From Octopus sinensis (Eukaryota): a stretch of DNA of 64,000 bases. The notes below the pieces were generated by a model. That model did not search any database, was not told the origin of the DNA, and saw nothing but the letters and a program-made list of their open reading frames with translations. Made by a program: the position numbers and the translations under genes. Location of the stretch: positions 9,424,001-9,488,000 of the forward strand of contig NC_043022.1 in assembly GCF_006345805.1 (NCBI RefSeq). The letters are read 5' to 3'. This document shows, piece after piece, positions 37,178-50,345 of the stretch; position 1 is the first letter of the stretch; each line of letters opens with the position of its first letter.

Positions 37178-37866
37178 CGTGGATACCCCCTCACCACTAT
37201 CCACACCGCCCTTGCCAGAGCACGGTCCGTGGACCGTGTATCTGCTCTCTCTCCCCGAACCCGCCCTGTAGTCTTCCCGCCTCCCTTTTCCCCTCACTTA
37301 CCACCCCACGACCCTACGTCTCCAACGCACCATCTTCGAGCTTTCCGTCATCTCCAGTCCGACCCGTCCACTTCACACCTCTTCCCTAACCGACCCCTCC
37401 CCTCTTCAAACGAGGCCCACAACCTTCGAGACCTTTTGGTCCATCGCTCCTTCCCTGACCCTACCTCCCAACCCGGCTCGTTCCCCTGCTCCGCCCACGT
37501 TGCCGCACTTGCCCACCTCTCCAACACCACCCGCCTCACTAGCACCCACCATCGACCTATCCCATCATCCACTCCTTCACCTGCACCTCCAGCAATATTA
37601 TCTATTGCATCTCTTGCTCTCTCTGCAATTCCTTGTACATCGGACAAACGGGACGCCGCTTGGCTGACCGGTTCGCGGAAAACCTTCGTGACATCCACCT
37701 GCGAATGACACACCGGTCTCACGCCCATTTCCGCTCCACCGGTCACTCCTTGCAACACCTATCTGTGTTCGGTTTGTCCTTACACAGAGGCCATCCGGAT
37801 TCCCGTTTGCGCGCTGAACAGGAATTAATCTTCTCTCTTCGCTCTTATACACCATTTGGTCTCAAC
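37178..37866 (+). mobile_element. Penelope-like element remnant (RT C-terminus plus GIY-YIG endonuclease), frameshifted
   Basis: RGYPLTTIHTALARARS..., SSNIIYCISC, YIGQTGRRLADRFAE...HFRSTGH...EQELIFSLRSYTPFGLN. Confidence 0.8.
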
Positions 37867-38118
37867 TCTCCCCCCCTACCTCATCTATCCCCCCTCCCCC
37901 CTCCATAACCTATCCTTTCTCCCCCGACCCCTACTTCTTCAGTCCTTCATCCTTTCACCCCTACTCCCCTTCCCTTCTTCCCTCTTTCTCCCTCCATCTT
38001 CCCCTTCCCTCTGCTCCCTCTCTCCCCTTCCTTATCCACCCCCCATCCTCTCCTCTTCCCATTCTCCTCCCCCTCTTCTTCCCCTCCCCTTTCTCCCCCC
38101 TTTCTCCCCCTCCCCTCA
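37866..38118. repeat. C/T-rich low-complexity tract
   Basis: Directly visible. Confidence 0.85.
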
Positions 38119-38484
38119 CTACACCACATGACTTTACACATCACATCACATATGATGTGCCCTACTAATTACACACACCAACTAATACATACTAATACGT
38201 ACTAATACATACTAGTACATACTAATACTTACACCAACCCTTACATACACACGTCCAGACCCCGCATACGCACTTATAATCTCTCACACACACACACACC
38301 TATACATACCAATACGTACTAATACATACTAATACATACACCAAACCATACATAGCACGTTCCAGACCAATCCTAAGCACTAATACTCTATCATACACAC
38401 ACAACACACACACACACCCTTATACATACTAATACATACACCAACCCTATACATACACACATCCAGACCCCTCCCACGCACTTT

Positions 38485-38807
38485 TAGATGGTCCTCAAAC
38501 CCGTTTATCAACCCTATTATCTCCCCTTATTCGCTCTCGCGTCTCATGTTTGATCTTTGACCTCTGGCCGAAAGCAGATCGCCATGTTGATTCGTTAGCT
38601 ACTGCACGCATTTTTTTCTTCCTTCTTCTGTGTTTTTCTCTCTCTGTGTATTTTCGTGAATAGAGCGTAGGCTCGAAAAGTTAAAGACTTGTTTTATTTA
38701 TATTCTGAGCGCCATACTAATACAATTGGTCGGTTGTTTTCCACCTGCCTTCGTCTTGTGTTTATTTCATAAAGCTTCCCGTTTATAATATATATATATA
38801 TATACAT
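38485..38807 (+). mobile_element. Penelope-like 3' LTR with decayed hammerhead-like stem II
   Basis: GAGC GTAG GCTC GAAA at 38663-38678, downstream of the GIY-YIG remnant. The CUGANGA half is degraded. Confidence 0.45.
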
Positions 38808-38822
38808 ACATACATGAAACAG

Positions 38823-38856
<34 letters not shown>

Positions 38857-39253
38857 TATAATGTATATATATATATATATATAATATATATATATTATAT
38901 GTATACTATATTATATATAATATATAGATATATATATATATATTATATATATAATATATATATTACCTACATACATACAATAATAATATATATAATATAT
39001 ATATAATATAATTTATATATATATATTATATATATATATAGATAGATAGATATATAGATATATGTATGTATATATATATGTATTGTATATATATATGTAT
39101 GTATATATTGTAGGTATATATATGTATGTATATATAATATGTATGTATATTTATATATGTATATATATTGTATGTATGTATATATGTATGGTGGTGTGTG
39201 TGTATATATATATATGTATGTAGTATGTATATATATATATGTGTGTGTGTATG

Positions 39254-39310
<57 letters not shown>

Positions 39311-39475
39311 TATATATATATATATATATAATGTATGTATATATAAGAGTGTATTGTTTGTAAAATGTATGTATATATAAGAGTGTATTGTTTGTAAAAT
39401 GTAATGTGTCTGGAATGGGATATCAATACAGAGTGGACTATAATAACTGTTATAAATAATTCGATTATTCCTAGT

Positions 39476-39518
39476 CTAATATAATATTTCAGAATATAAA
39501 AATTCCTTCTTCAGATAG
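39476..39518 (-). ncRNA. Minimal type I hammerhead ribozyme-like fold
   Basis: CUAU CUGAAGA A GGAAU [UUUUAU] AUUCU GAA AUAU U AUAUUAG. Core and AUAU palindrome are intact, the triplet is AUU, and stem I is only 3 bp. Confidence 0.6.
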
Positions 39519-39570
39519 GATGTAATGGAGTCATTGTTATAGTTGGTTTTCTTACTCCATTACTTCCTAG

Positions 39571-39615
39571 TAATATCTGAAGAAGGAATTTTTATATTCC
39601 AGAATATCATATTAG
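39571..39615 (+). ncRNA. Hammerhead-like fold, right arm, GAAA altered to AGAA
   Basis: UAAUAU CUGAAGA A GGAAU [UUUUAU] AUUCC AGAA UAU C AUAUUA. Stem I is 6 bp, stem II is perfect, and the triplet is AUC. Confidence 0.55.
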
Positions 39616-39686
39616 ACGATGAATAATTAAATATTTATAAGTTATTATAGCCAACCCTGCATTGTTGTGCCATTCCAGAACGTTAC

Positions 39687-39719
<33 letters not shown>

Positions 39720-39837
39720 ATGTATGTATGTATGTATGTATGTATATATATATATATATATATATAGATATATATATAATATTATATATTAATATTATAT
39801 ATATATATATATATTAATGTTTGTGTTATGTTAGTTA

Positions 39838-40380
39838 TATCATCATCATATAATCATTGTGTTGTTTAACATCCGCTTTCCATGCTGGCCTGGGTTGGAC
39901 GATTTGATTGAGGCCTGGCGAGCCAGAAGGTTGCACCAGACTCCGATCTGATCTGGCAAAGTTTCTACAGATGGATGCTCTTCCTAAAGCCACCCACTCC
40001 ATGAGTGTAGTGGGTGCTTTTTAGATGCTACCAACACGAGGGCCAGTCAAGTGGTACTGGCATCAACCACACTTGAATGGTGTGTTTTACATGCCACCGG
40101 CACGGGAGCCAGTCAGGCGGCACTGGCAATGACCACACTCAAATAGTGCTTTTTATGTGCCACCGGCTTGGGACCAGTCAGCCAGCACTGGTATGAACCA
40201 AGCTCAAATGATGCTTTTTACATGCCACCAGCATGGGAGCCAGTCAGGCGGAAATGGCAACAACCACACTTGAATATGCTTTTTGCTAACCACCGGTACA
40301 GGACCAGTCAGCCAGCACTAACATCAACCACACTCAAATAGTGCTTTTTACATGTCACCAGCACGGGTGCCAATCAAGGC
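39838..40380 (-). mobile_element. Retroposon family G with internal 65-bp tandem array
   Basis: Reverse complement of the family G tail; array at 40014-40379. Confidence 0.75.
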
Positions 40381-40548
40381 CTAAAATTTGTAATGAAGGG
40401 ACTAATCGATTACATCGACTCCAGGGCTTCACTGGTACTTAATGTATTGACCCCAAAAGGATAAAAGACAAAATCAACCTTGACGGAATTTGAACTCAGA
40501 ACATAGCAACAGGCGAAATGCTGCTAGGCATTTTACCTAGCATGCTAA

Positions 40549-41335
40549 CGATACTGTCATAGACTGGCAGCTGAAACTGGCTGTGGACAAGTGTACCACC
40601 ATGCATTTTGGGAGAAAAAACCCTGCGTCCACATACTCCCTCCACAACACTGATATCAAGAAATCCTCTTGCGAGCGTGACCTAGGCATCACTGTCAGCA
40701 GTGATTTGCGTTGGACAAAGCATATCTCTAAAATTGTCAAGAAGACCGAGGGTGTCTTGGCATCACTCAGCAAGACTTTTGTTAGCTGCTCTCCAGCCAT
40801 CTATTTAAAACTGTATACAGCTATGGTACGACCACACTTGGAATTCGCATCATCAGTTTGGAACCCCTATCTTGCTCAGAACATTGACCTCCTGGAATCT
40901 GTCCAGAGACGTGCAACCAAACGCATACCCTCCATCAGACACCTACCATATTCTGAGCGCCTTGTTTCCCTGGGCATGGATTCACTGAAGCTCCGGCGTC
41001 TGGCGACGGACTTGGTGAACACCCACAAAGTTATAAACCACCTCACCAACAACAACACTGAACACCTTTTTGATCTCCATGTGTCTAACAAACGTGGACA
41101 TGCCTACAAAGTCAGAAAACAAACACGCTTCCATGACTTTCGGAAACATTTTTTCACGCTCAGAGTTGCTGAAGCATGGATAAACTCCCTGCGTCAGTTG
41201 TTGACTGCCATGATACTGCATCCTTTAAGGCCCTCATGCTTTCCGAAATCCGCCGAAACTACACCTGATTATATATACACTTTAGATGGTTGTAGTGCAC
41301 CTGAGCTCTGTACACAATTATTATTATTATTATAT
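40549..41335 (+). mobile_element. 5'-truncated CR1/L2-type LINE (RT C-terminus, 3' UTR, (TTA)n tail)
   Basis: DKCTTMHFG...ERDLGITVSSDLRWTKHI...YTAMVRPHLEFASSVWNPY...LESVQRRATK...SLKLRR. Related 3' pieces occur at 54593-54692, ~55150-55185 and ~56440-56490 (-). Confidence 0.9.
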
Positions 41336-41562
41336 TATATATATATAATATATATATATATATAATATATATATAATATATATATATATACATATATATA
41401 TAATATATTAAATTAGAGATAAAACCACTATTAGGCAAATCAAACAATGAAAAACATAAGCCAATACATAAAATTAATTAATTTATATTTGTTTGAATAT
41501 ATATCAAAAGTATTAAAAGTTTAATATTTTATTATATATATATATATATATATATAATATAT

Positions 41563-41595
<33 letters not shown>

Positions 41596-41939
41596 ATATA
41601 TATATAATATATATACATATATATATATATATTAAATTAGAGATAAAACCACTATTAGGCAAATCAAACAATGAAAAACATAAGCCAATACATAAAATTA
41701 ATTTAATTTATATTAGTTTGAATATATATCAAAAGTATTAAAGTTTATATATTTATATATATATATATATATATATATCTATATATATATATATTTAAAA
41801 AAGGAGATGTGGAACATGAGTTGTGATATATAAAAAAGAAAATGAAGAAAATGCTGACAAAATAATTTAAGTAATTTAATTAGGTGAAAGTTCTTTTTAC
41901 CGGTTGCGCATTTGTTATGCTTATCAAAAGTTTTTTCCT

Positions 41940-41972
<33 letters not shown>

Positions 41973-42200
41973 CTCTTTTACTGTTTCAGTCATTTGGCTC
42001 TGGCCATGCTGGAGTGACACTTTAAAGGATTTTAGTTGAAGAAATCAACCCCAGGATTTATTCTTTATAAGTCTCTCCTTTGTTGAACTGATAAGTTACG
42101 GGGGCATAAGCACACCAACAACAGTTGTCAAGTGATGGTAGGGGGACACAAAGACACACACATGTTTGTGTATGTATGTATGTATGTATGTATGTATGTA

Positions 42201-42232
<32 letters not shown>

Positions 42233-42394
42233 GAGAAGAAAAAGACAATGGAGACTGGGAGGTGAATAATTGTTTATTATTAACTTCTCAATCTCCATTT
42301 TCTTTTTCTTCTTTTAAGGAAATTAATTCCTGCCAAATACTTACATCAACATCAACAGCAATATCAAAATCAAATCAAATGGAAATTGTAGTTG

Positions 42395-42720
42395 TGAGCC
42401 CCGTGCCGGTAGCATGTAAAAAGCACCATCTGAATGTGGCCAATGACAGTGCCACTTTGACTGGCTTCCATGCCTGTGGCATGTAAAAAGTACCATCCAA
42501 TTGTGGTCGATGCCGGCTCCTCTGGCCCCTGTGCCAGTGGCATGTAAAAAGCACCCACTACACTCTCAGAGTGGTTGGTGTTAGGAAGGGCATCCAGCTG
42601 TAGAAACACTACCAGATCAGATTGGGGCTTGATACGACCTCCTGGCTTCCCAGACCCTAGTCGAACTGTCCAACCCATGCCAGCATGGAAAACAGACGTT
42701 AAACGATGATGATGATGATA
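42395..42720 (+). mobile_element. Retroposon family G, 3' part
   Basis: GGTTGGTGTTAGGAAGGGCATCCAGCTGTAG...GACGTTAAACGATGATGATG. Confidence 0.7.
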
Positions 42721-42800
42721 GAACCAGTTTTTCTTTGGATGAAACCATCCCTTCATGATGTTAACACAATCTTTAATTGAATTTATATATATATAGTAAA

Positions 42801-43132
42801 GGCGCATGGCTCAGTGGTTAGAGTGTCAAGCTTATGATCATGAGGTTGTGAGTTCAAATCCTGGACCGGGTTACATGTTGTGTTCTTGAGCAAGACACTT
42901 TATTTAACGTTGCTCCAGTTCACTCAGCTGTAGAAATGGGTTGCGATGTCACAGGTGCTAAGCTGTATTGGCCTTTGCCTTTCCCTTGGATAACATCAGT
43001 GGTGTGGAGAGGGGAGGCCAGTATGCATGGGCGACTACTGGTCTTCCATAAATAACCTTGCCTGGAATTGTGCCTGGGAGGGTAACTTTCTTGGTGCAAT
43101 CCCATTGGTCAGTCATGGCTGAAGGGGGTCTC
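42801..43132 (+). mobile_element. CORE-type tRNA SINE family C, tail 1
   Basis: Head GGCGCATGGCTCAGTGGTTAG...GAGTTCAAATCC and CORE-like TTGAGCAAGACACTTT...TTGCTCCAGTTCACTCAGCTGTAGAAATG. An octopus CORE-SINE (OR2) is described in the literature; identity not checked. Confidence 0.8.
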
Positions 43133-43319
43133 AGCATAACTATATATATAAATGATAGGTTTCTTTCAGTTTCTACCTACGAAATTCACTCACAAGGCTT
43201 TGGTTGGCCTGAAGCTATAGTAGAAGATACTTGCCCAAAGTACCACACAATGGGACTGAACCTGGAACCATGTGGTTGGGAAGCAAGCTTCTTACCACAC
43301 AGCCATTTCTACATATATT

Positions 43320-43414
<95 letters not shown>

Positions 43415-43691
43415 GTTGAAATATGTGTAAACACAACGCAATGGTGTGACATGTTAATGTTTAGCTATAATTTTGCAAGCAATTTCTTGAATGGTCAGAT
43501 TCCAATGATTTATTTGGGTGAAATATTGTGACATATGGGATAATGACATTTAGAATATGTGTATAAGTGTGTGTGTGTGTGTGTGTGTGCATACATATTT
43601 ATAAACACATGTCATTCTCTTCACTGTCGTCATTGTCATGGTTATCATTTCTACATCTATTTTTTCATGCTGGCATTGGTTGGACTGTTTG

Positions 43692-43926
43692 CATGTATGT
43701 ATGTATGTGTGTGTATGTATGTAAGTGTATGCATATATGTATGTATGTGTGTGTGTATATGTATGTATGTATGTATGTAAATGTATGTATGTATGTATGT
43801 ATGTATGTGTGTATGTATGTATGTATGTAAGTGTATGTATGTATGTATGTATGTATGTATGTATGTATGTATGTATGTATGTGTGTGTGTGTGTATGTAT
43901 TATGTATGTATGTATGTATGTATGTA
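43692..43926. repeat. (TATG)n microsatellite
   Basis: Directly visible. Confidence 0.9.
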
Positions 43927-44189
43927 ATTGTATGCATATATGTCTCTCTCTCTCTCTCAGTCTCACATGCACACCCATACAGAGTGTGATGGATAAATTG
44001 TTGTCATTTTATATTTTTAATTTCATGCATTTGTATTGTTTGTTTTTGATTTTGTTGACTACACAGTATAGTAGGGTCAGTTGGGCACCATCTGTGAGAA
44101 AAACAGCACCATGACACAATTCAGAAATTTGGAAACATTCATGCTAAAAGCTCCAATATGAACATTTCAGAGTGTTTAGGTGTCAGTAT

Positions 44190-44728
44190 GAGGGCATGTA
44201 CCGAGAGTGATAAAAATCAAACATCCAGTTAACATGGTGTTTAAAGTTATGTTATGCATCCATTCATCTTCCCACATGGCCTCAGCCTCAACACAGAAGC
44301 CTACATCAAAGGCCTGGTGGAGGTAGTGCTGCCTTGGCTCTAGAGGGTGGCTGCTGGAAGACACTACATCTGGCAACAGGACTCTGCACCATGCCACACA
44401 AACAGGAGAACCCAGTCATGGCTGTCAGACAATTTCTGCAACCACATCACCCCTAACATCAGGCCACCAAAGTCCCTAGATTGCAACCCCCTTGTTTATT
44501 ATGTGCTGGGTGCAGTTGAGCAAGAGACCAGCAAAACTCCTTGTAACACTAAAGATGAACTGAAGGCAAGGATTATGGCAGCATTCACCAACTTAAACAA
44601 GAAGACCATCCGGAAGAGTTGCAGGAGATTCTGAAGTCATATGGAAGCAGTGGTTGAAGCCAATGGCGATTTTATTGAATAAATTTACTCTTTAGTATTT
44701 CAAGATATTTTTATGTAATTTTGGTAAA
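44190..44728 (+). mobile_element. Tc1/mariner (maT/DD37D-like) remnant
   Basis: YIWQQDSAPCHTNRRTQSWLSDNFCNHITPNIRPPKSLDCNPLVYYVLGAVE. Confidence 0.75.
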
Positions 44729-45929
44729 TATCTCTTATTATAAAAGGCAGATTTTATCTGCCTCCCTTTGTCAGTTATAGAAATCTACAATATAGGATTT
44801 CTTCAATTACAATTTACCTAGCATTTTTAAGAGTAGAATGCATCGGGTTTTGCCAGGTCCAGTTTTTAAAATTTAAACTCCAATTAAGCAAAATTTACAG
44901 AAAACTCACATTCTGGTGTGTATGTCAAATGCTTTTCTTAGTCTGATTTACAGCACATGCAAACGCACACACACAGTGTGCAACGAATAAAGTGAAACTA
45001 GATGTAATATTTGTTTCTGTCTATCACGCTGATAAATACATGAGTAAAATGTATGGCAAGCTAACAGATAAGAGTGAGTGAAAATGTTCTTGGAAGAGAG
45101 TAAATAGCGACAGAGTGATTTGAGGAAGACTAAACTGAAAGTATGAAACAGTGTTTATGTATAAACAGACGACACTTATATATAGTTATAAATGTATGCA
45201 TCCGTTTAACCCTTTCGTTACCAAACCGCCCGAATTTACCTATTCATATTTAAATGAGAATATCAGAGTAAATCTCTTTAGTACATTCGTGAAAACATGT
45301 ATTATACTTCGTAAACACTTCAAATACAGTTTTGTACAAAATTCGAAGTGTAATTTTAATTCCGTGAATTATGGGAGATTTTTTTCAGAAATTTGTTCCT
45401 ATTGTGTTTTCAAAATTTGTAATTCTGACAAAAAATGGATACGAATTTCATTATATCAAGCAGCGAGTCAGAATTCGAAGGATTTTCTACTCAAGACCTT
45501 CATAAATCTAACTCTATGACTGAAAAAAAAAAGCATCTTTATATAGAGTGAAGTTGTGTGTCTGTCTCCAACGATTTAGATTCGTAACTACTCCCACATT
45601 TTGCGGTGCAGTTTAACCAAAAGCGGGTATCTTATAGTCGTGATTCATATCGAGCCCTTCTGGGTATTAGCGCGCGTCTACGATGAGTCTACGATTTAAA
45701 AAAATTTACCATCATATTTTTCCATTTTAATGCATTTTTTCGCTTTTATATAAGGGAAGTAACTCTCTAAACATATCTACGATGTGTCAACGATTTAAAA
45801 AAAAAATTTACCTTAATTTTTTTTCAATTTTTAATGCATTTTTTTGCTATTTTTTGGCTATAACTCTCTAAAAATGCTTATATAGTTATTTCCCTTACAA
45901 CCCGAGCAACGCCGGGCGATACTGCTAGT
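44729..45929 (-). mobile_element. Helentron/HINE-type non-autonomous element
   Basis: Minus strand starts ACTAGCAGTATCGCCCGGCGTTGCTCGGG and ends GGCAGATAAAATCTGCC (hairpin) TTTTATAATAAGAGAT. Confidence 0.6.
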
Positions 45930-46263
45930 ATCTGTTAAATGAGATGTCAATGTTATTTTTATTTTTGCATAATTTAGACAACAGTTTAGTCACTGTACCC
46001 TGTACACACACACACACACACACACACATTGCAATTACAGCATGTAATTTACATTTTAGGCATTCAAAAACAAGAAAAACCTATTTAACTTCACTTAACA
46101 TTTTAGCATTCAGGTTACTTTGTCAAAGGGGAGGCCTATGGGACGGTTGGGCAAGTTGTTTTGAGAAAACTTGGTTTAAATGTTTGACAACTCAGCACTG
46201 TCCATTAGATGGGGGTGGTGGTGGTGGGGCGTTTTGCTTGTGTATATACATACATATATATAT

Positions 46264-46307
<44 letters not shown>

Positions 46308-47390
46308 GTGTGAGCATATCTGTGTTTGTCCCTCACCACTGCTTGAAAACCAGTGTTGGTGTGGTTATGTCCCTATAACTTAGCAGCTTGGCAAAAAGAG
46401 ATACTGGGGTCGATTTGTTCAACTAAAGTCCTTCAAGGCATTGCCCTAGCATGGCTGCAGTCTAATGACTGAAACAAGTAAAAAGCAAAAGATAAAGAGT
46501 CCTTTAATGCTTTTTAAATGGCTAAAATCTGTCTTCCATTAAGTAGGATTCAGATCAATAAAAAAGTTATTGTAAGCAAAATCTGGTAGAAGGTGAATGT
46601 GTGGGAGTTATTAAATGACCTGCTCAGTTTAGTGCCATTATCTATCATTATCTATCAAGGACTTTAGAGTCCTTGCTGTTACAAACATTTTGAACAAGCA
46701 TCCAGTCTGAGTATATATATTTTTTTTGATTCTTCCCACCGGTCATGGCAGCCGTGAATAAGGCCATTGCTACTGGTCTCTCTCTTGGCTATGTCACTGA
46801 AAGAAATGACATGAAAATGAATAAATTTATGTCGTTTATACAAGATATGTATTATCAAATAATGATTGAGAAATAGGCCAAGGATCATCGAAACAAAATT
46901 CTCATGGCCAGAAAAGTTCTCAAGATGAATAACAAATGCCTTGATCCATTTACATAGACAAGTCAAGGAGAGGTGGAAAGAAAGGCAACACAAAAATAAT
47001 AGCTGAGTGAGAATAAAACAATTTACTCACACATAAAACCAGGAACTAGTGAAAGAAAGAAAGGAAGGCTTTCAAAATCGTAAAAGCCAAACCTAAAATG
47101 TTTTGTATAAATGAGAAAGAAAATATAGTTTCAATGCATTGCAAATTCAAGTTATTGTCTCAGGTACATTATTTTCGTCTGTAACTTGTTTAAGCCATTT
47201 GACTGCAGCCATGCTGGAGCACCATCTAAAAGGGTCTTAGTCAAAGAAATCAACCCCAGTACTTGTTCTTTGTAAGACTAGTATTTATTCTATCAGTGTC
47301 TTTTGCTGAGCCACTAAGTTATGGGAACATAAACACACTAACATTAGTTGTCAAGCGATGATAGTGAGGACAAACAAAGGACACACACAC

Positions 47391-47439
<49 letters not shown>

Positions 47440-47734
47440 AATAATAATAATAATAATAATATAATAATAATAAAGGGTAAAATTAATTAATCAATTAATA
47501 ATTTTACCAAGTAGTTCGGTATGTTAAAAGAACCATTAGTAGTAACCTTATACAAAAATATAATAAGAGATTATATAATTATGAGCATAATTATAATTAG
47601 GGTTCAGCAAAATTTGCTTCACCACATACCAAAATTTAGAAATAGCAGCTAAAATACTATTCTAGTACCATAAGATATCTCCCAGACAGCAATACTCAAC
47701 AACTCATGCAGGTAAAGAGAAAAAAATTTATATC

Positions 47735-47841
47735 TATATCTATATATATAAACAGCATCATTTAGGGGATGACCCAATATATATATATATATATTATATT
47801 GGGTCATCCCCTAAATGATGCTGTTTATATATATAGATATA
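47735..47841. repeat. Perfect 46-bp-arm palindrome of mariner-TIR-like sequence around (TA)n
   Basis: Arms at 47735-47780 and 47796-47841. Confidence 0.85.
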
Positions 47842-47859
47842 TATATATATATATATATA

Positions 47860-48140
47860 TATTGGTCACCCCATAAATAATGCGTTTTTTTTATACTTCT
47901 TTTATTTTTCAAAATTAAGATAAACAAAATTCTTTTTTAATCTAAAATATACTCTCCTTCATTTTCTACAATGTTCTTCCATCTATGTAGTAGACTTGCA
48001 TGGCCCCTCTTTCAAAATTCACTTCTCCATTACAAAAAATACTCCTCCAGTACTGTTCTAACCTCATCTACAGAATTCATAATTTTTCCGTCCAATTGAT
48101 TTTGACGACTGTGGAATAGATAAGAATCAGATGGGGCAAT
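47860..48140 (-). mobile_element. Mariner C-terminal remnant with TIR
   Basis: PDIAPSDSYLFHSRQNQLDGKIMNSVDEVRTVLEEYF; TIR-like TATTGGTCACCCCATAAATAATGC. Confidence 0.7.
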
Positions 48141-48479
48141 GTCCGGCAAGCATAAAGACAGATGTAACACTGCTAAGCATTTTGTCTGGTGCATTAACAA
48201 TTCTGCCAGCTTACCATCTGAGATTTGTGAAATATTGATTTCAAATTTTGGCACAAGGCCAGCAAATTCAGGAGATAGGATAAGTCGGAATCAACCCCAG
48301 TGTTCAACTGGTACTTATTTTATTGACCTTGGCAGAATTTGAACTCAGAACATAAAAATGGATGAAATTCTGCTAAACATTTTGTCTAGCATGATCACAA
48401 TTCTGCTCGCTCATCACCTAAATCTGTGAAATATTGAAAGAAAGTTTCAACACCGCAGCTCACTTGTATCATGTTTGTC

Positions 48480-48960
48480 CATCAGAAAGAAAGATGAGAG
48501 ATGGAAACATTTTTGACTGGAGTCAAAAATATAAAATGCTACACTTCATGTTCATTGGTAAGAGTGATGAGGACCCTCTTGTCAACCTCAAAGAAGGCTG
48601 ATGACCTGTACAGTGACTTTATGAAGAAGAGTTGCACACCATCAACTCACTCTCTAATCCATGTCCAGTGGCAAGATCAGGTCAAGATACATATACATAC
48701 ATACATATACACACACACACACACATGAACATGACATACAACGGGGAGACATCTAGCAGCATTGCGGAAAGACTAAATGACCATTTGAGACAATACGACG
48801 ACAAAAAACAGTCCTCCATACTCTACCATCATGCCAAGGACCAACATAGCGGCAACCTGGATCAACTTGACATCACATTTTATGCAAGCATCCAAAGAAC
48901 TCAACTCTTAAATAAATGAAACATCCCCAGTACTAAATAGGAAATATACCTAATAGGTAA
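48480..48960 (+). mobile_element. Penelope-like GIY-YIG remnant split by a microsatellite
   Basis: TYNGETSSSIAERLNDH...LYHHAKDQH...PVLNRK. Confidence 0.55.
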
Positions 48961-49399
48961 TTATACCCTCATGTCCACAGTTTATATTTATATACAAGTA
49001 GAATAGTTAGTGGGCTGTTATGTAGATGTATATATATATGTATGTTTGTGTGTTTGTATATATGTATACATCTATGCACATGTATGTTGGCAAATGGATA
49101 TGAATATAAACATAGATATACAGATGGATAGGGTGAGCTGAAAGAAGCTCATTGTGTAGAAGACACTTGTCCAAAGTGCCACATAGTGGGACTGAACCCA
49201 GAATCAGCTTGTATGTAGTATATGTTCTGAGGTTTCTGTGAGTGCCTCAATGATGATATTCTCTCAAGCTTTTTTGCTATTTTGTCAGTGTTGGTCAAGG
49301 CCACTTGACACTTCATGATCAAGAAGTTCTCTGATGTTCTATGTTCTCACACTTAATCTGCATTTCTGTACTTTTTTAAGTGAAAAGTTTTTTTTTGTA

Positions 49400-49800
49400 C
49401 TTCAAGCTTCAGTTAATAGTTCAAACAAATTGCATAAGAAGAGTGTTTATTCATCAAAATATATATATACCTTCATATTCATTGCTATTGTTGTGTCAGA
49501 AGCTCAATTCCATGATTATACCATTTGGCTGGTTTAGAAGTAAAAACTTGCGCCACCCTTTTGACCTTCATTCAATTGGTTGAACCTTGATCTGTGCAGG
49601 AAATGAGAGAAGGCTTGGGAAATATGGTTATCTGATTCCACAAAGACTGGACTGTAAGCAGGGTAAGGCAGCACTTCCAGCCCCTCAAGTTTCTCAAGTT
49701 TGTGCTTGGTCACATTGGTAGTGTGTGCTGGAGTATTATGCTATAGGAGTAAGCATCTTTAATTGACCAATGCTAGGTAGCAAGCTTTCAAAGCATTATA
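49400..49800 (-). mobile_element. Mariner C-terminal remnant (not in the ORF track)
   Basis: Manual minus-strand translation: PAHTTNVTKHKLEKLEGLEVLPYPAYSPVFVESDNHISQAFSHFLHRSRFNQLNE. Confidence 0.65.
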
Positions 49801-50009
49801 CACTCACTGTAATTCTTGAGAAATAAAGATTAGAATTTACAGCATGACCATCTGGGACAAGCTCAAAGGGCAACACCCTTGATATTCCACCAAACACACA
49901 ACATGTTCTTCTGTTCAAATCACCCTTGTTTGACAGCAGATTCTTAAGCCTGGCCAGAAGAAAGCCACCGATTTCTCTTATTAGGAATACAAAAATGGAT
50001 CAATTTGCC

Positions 50010-50143
50010 AATTTGCTAAGTTTTGGGGACATAAACACACCAGTACTGATTGTCAAGCAGTGGTGGGGGACAAACACTACTACAAAGACACATAGATGCA
50101 CACACTCACACACACAACACATACACACACACACGCGCGCACA

Positions 50144-50190
<47 letters not shown>

Positions 50191-50345
50191 TATACAACTG
50201 GCTTCTGTCAGTTTCTGTCTACCAAATCCACTCACAAGACTTTAGATGGGCTTGGGGCTTTAGTAGAAAATACTTACCCAAGGTGCCACACAGTGGGACT
50301 GAACCTGGAATCATGTGGTTCAGAAGCAATCTTCTAACCACACAA
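50010..50345 (-). mobile_element. SINE family A, diverged partial copy
   Basis: Reverse complement of the head plus (CA)n. Confidence 0.7.

Larger units (their letters stand above)
39399..39688. mobile_element. Palindromic Penelope-LTR-like element with ~130-bp imperfect arms and a 22-nt loop
   Basis: 39399-39531 is the reverse complement of 39554-39688 with scattered differences. Confidence 0.75.

Noticed and set aside
46620-47000. Possible decayed coding sequence (FPPVMAAVNKAIATG...)
   Set aside because: It has in-frame stops and no family I can recognise; it needs TBLASTX.
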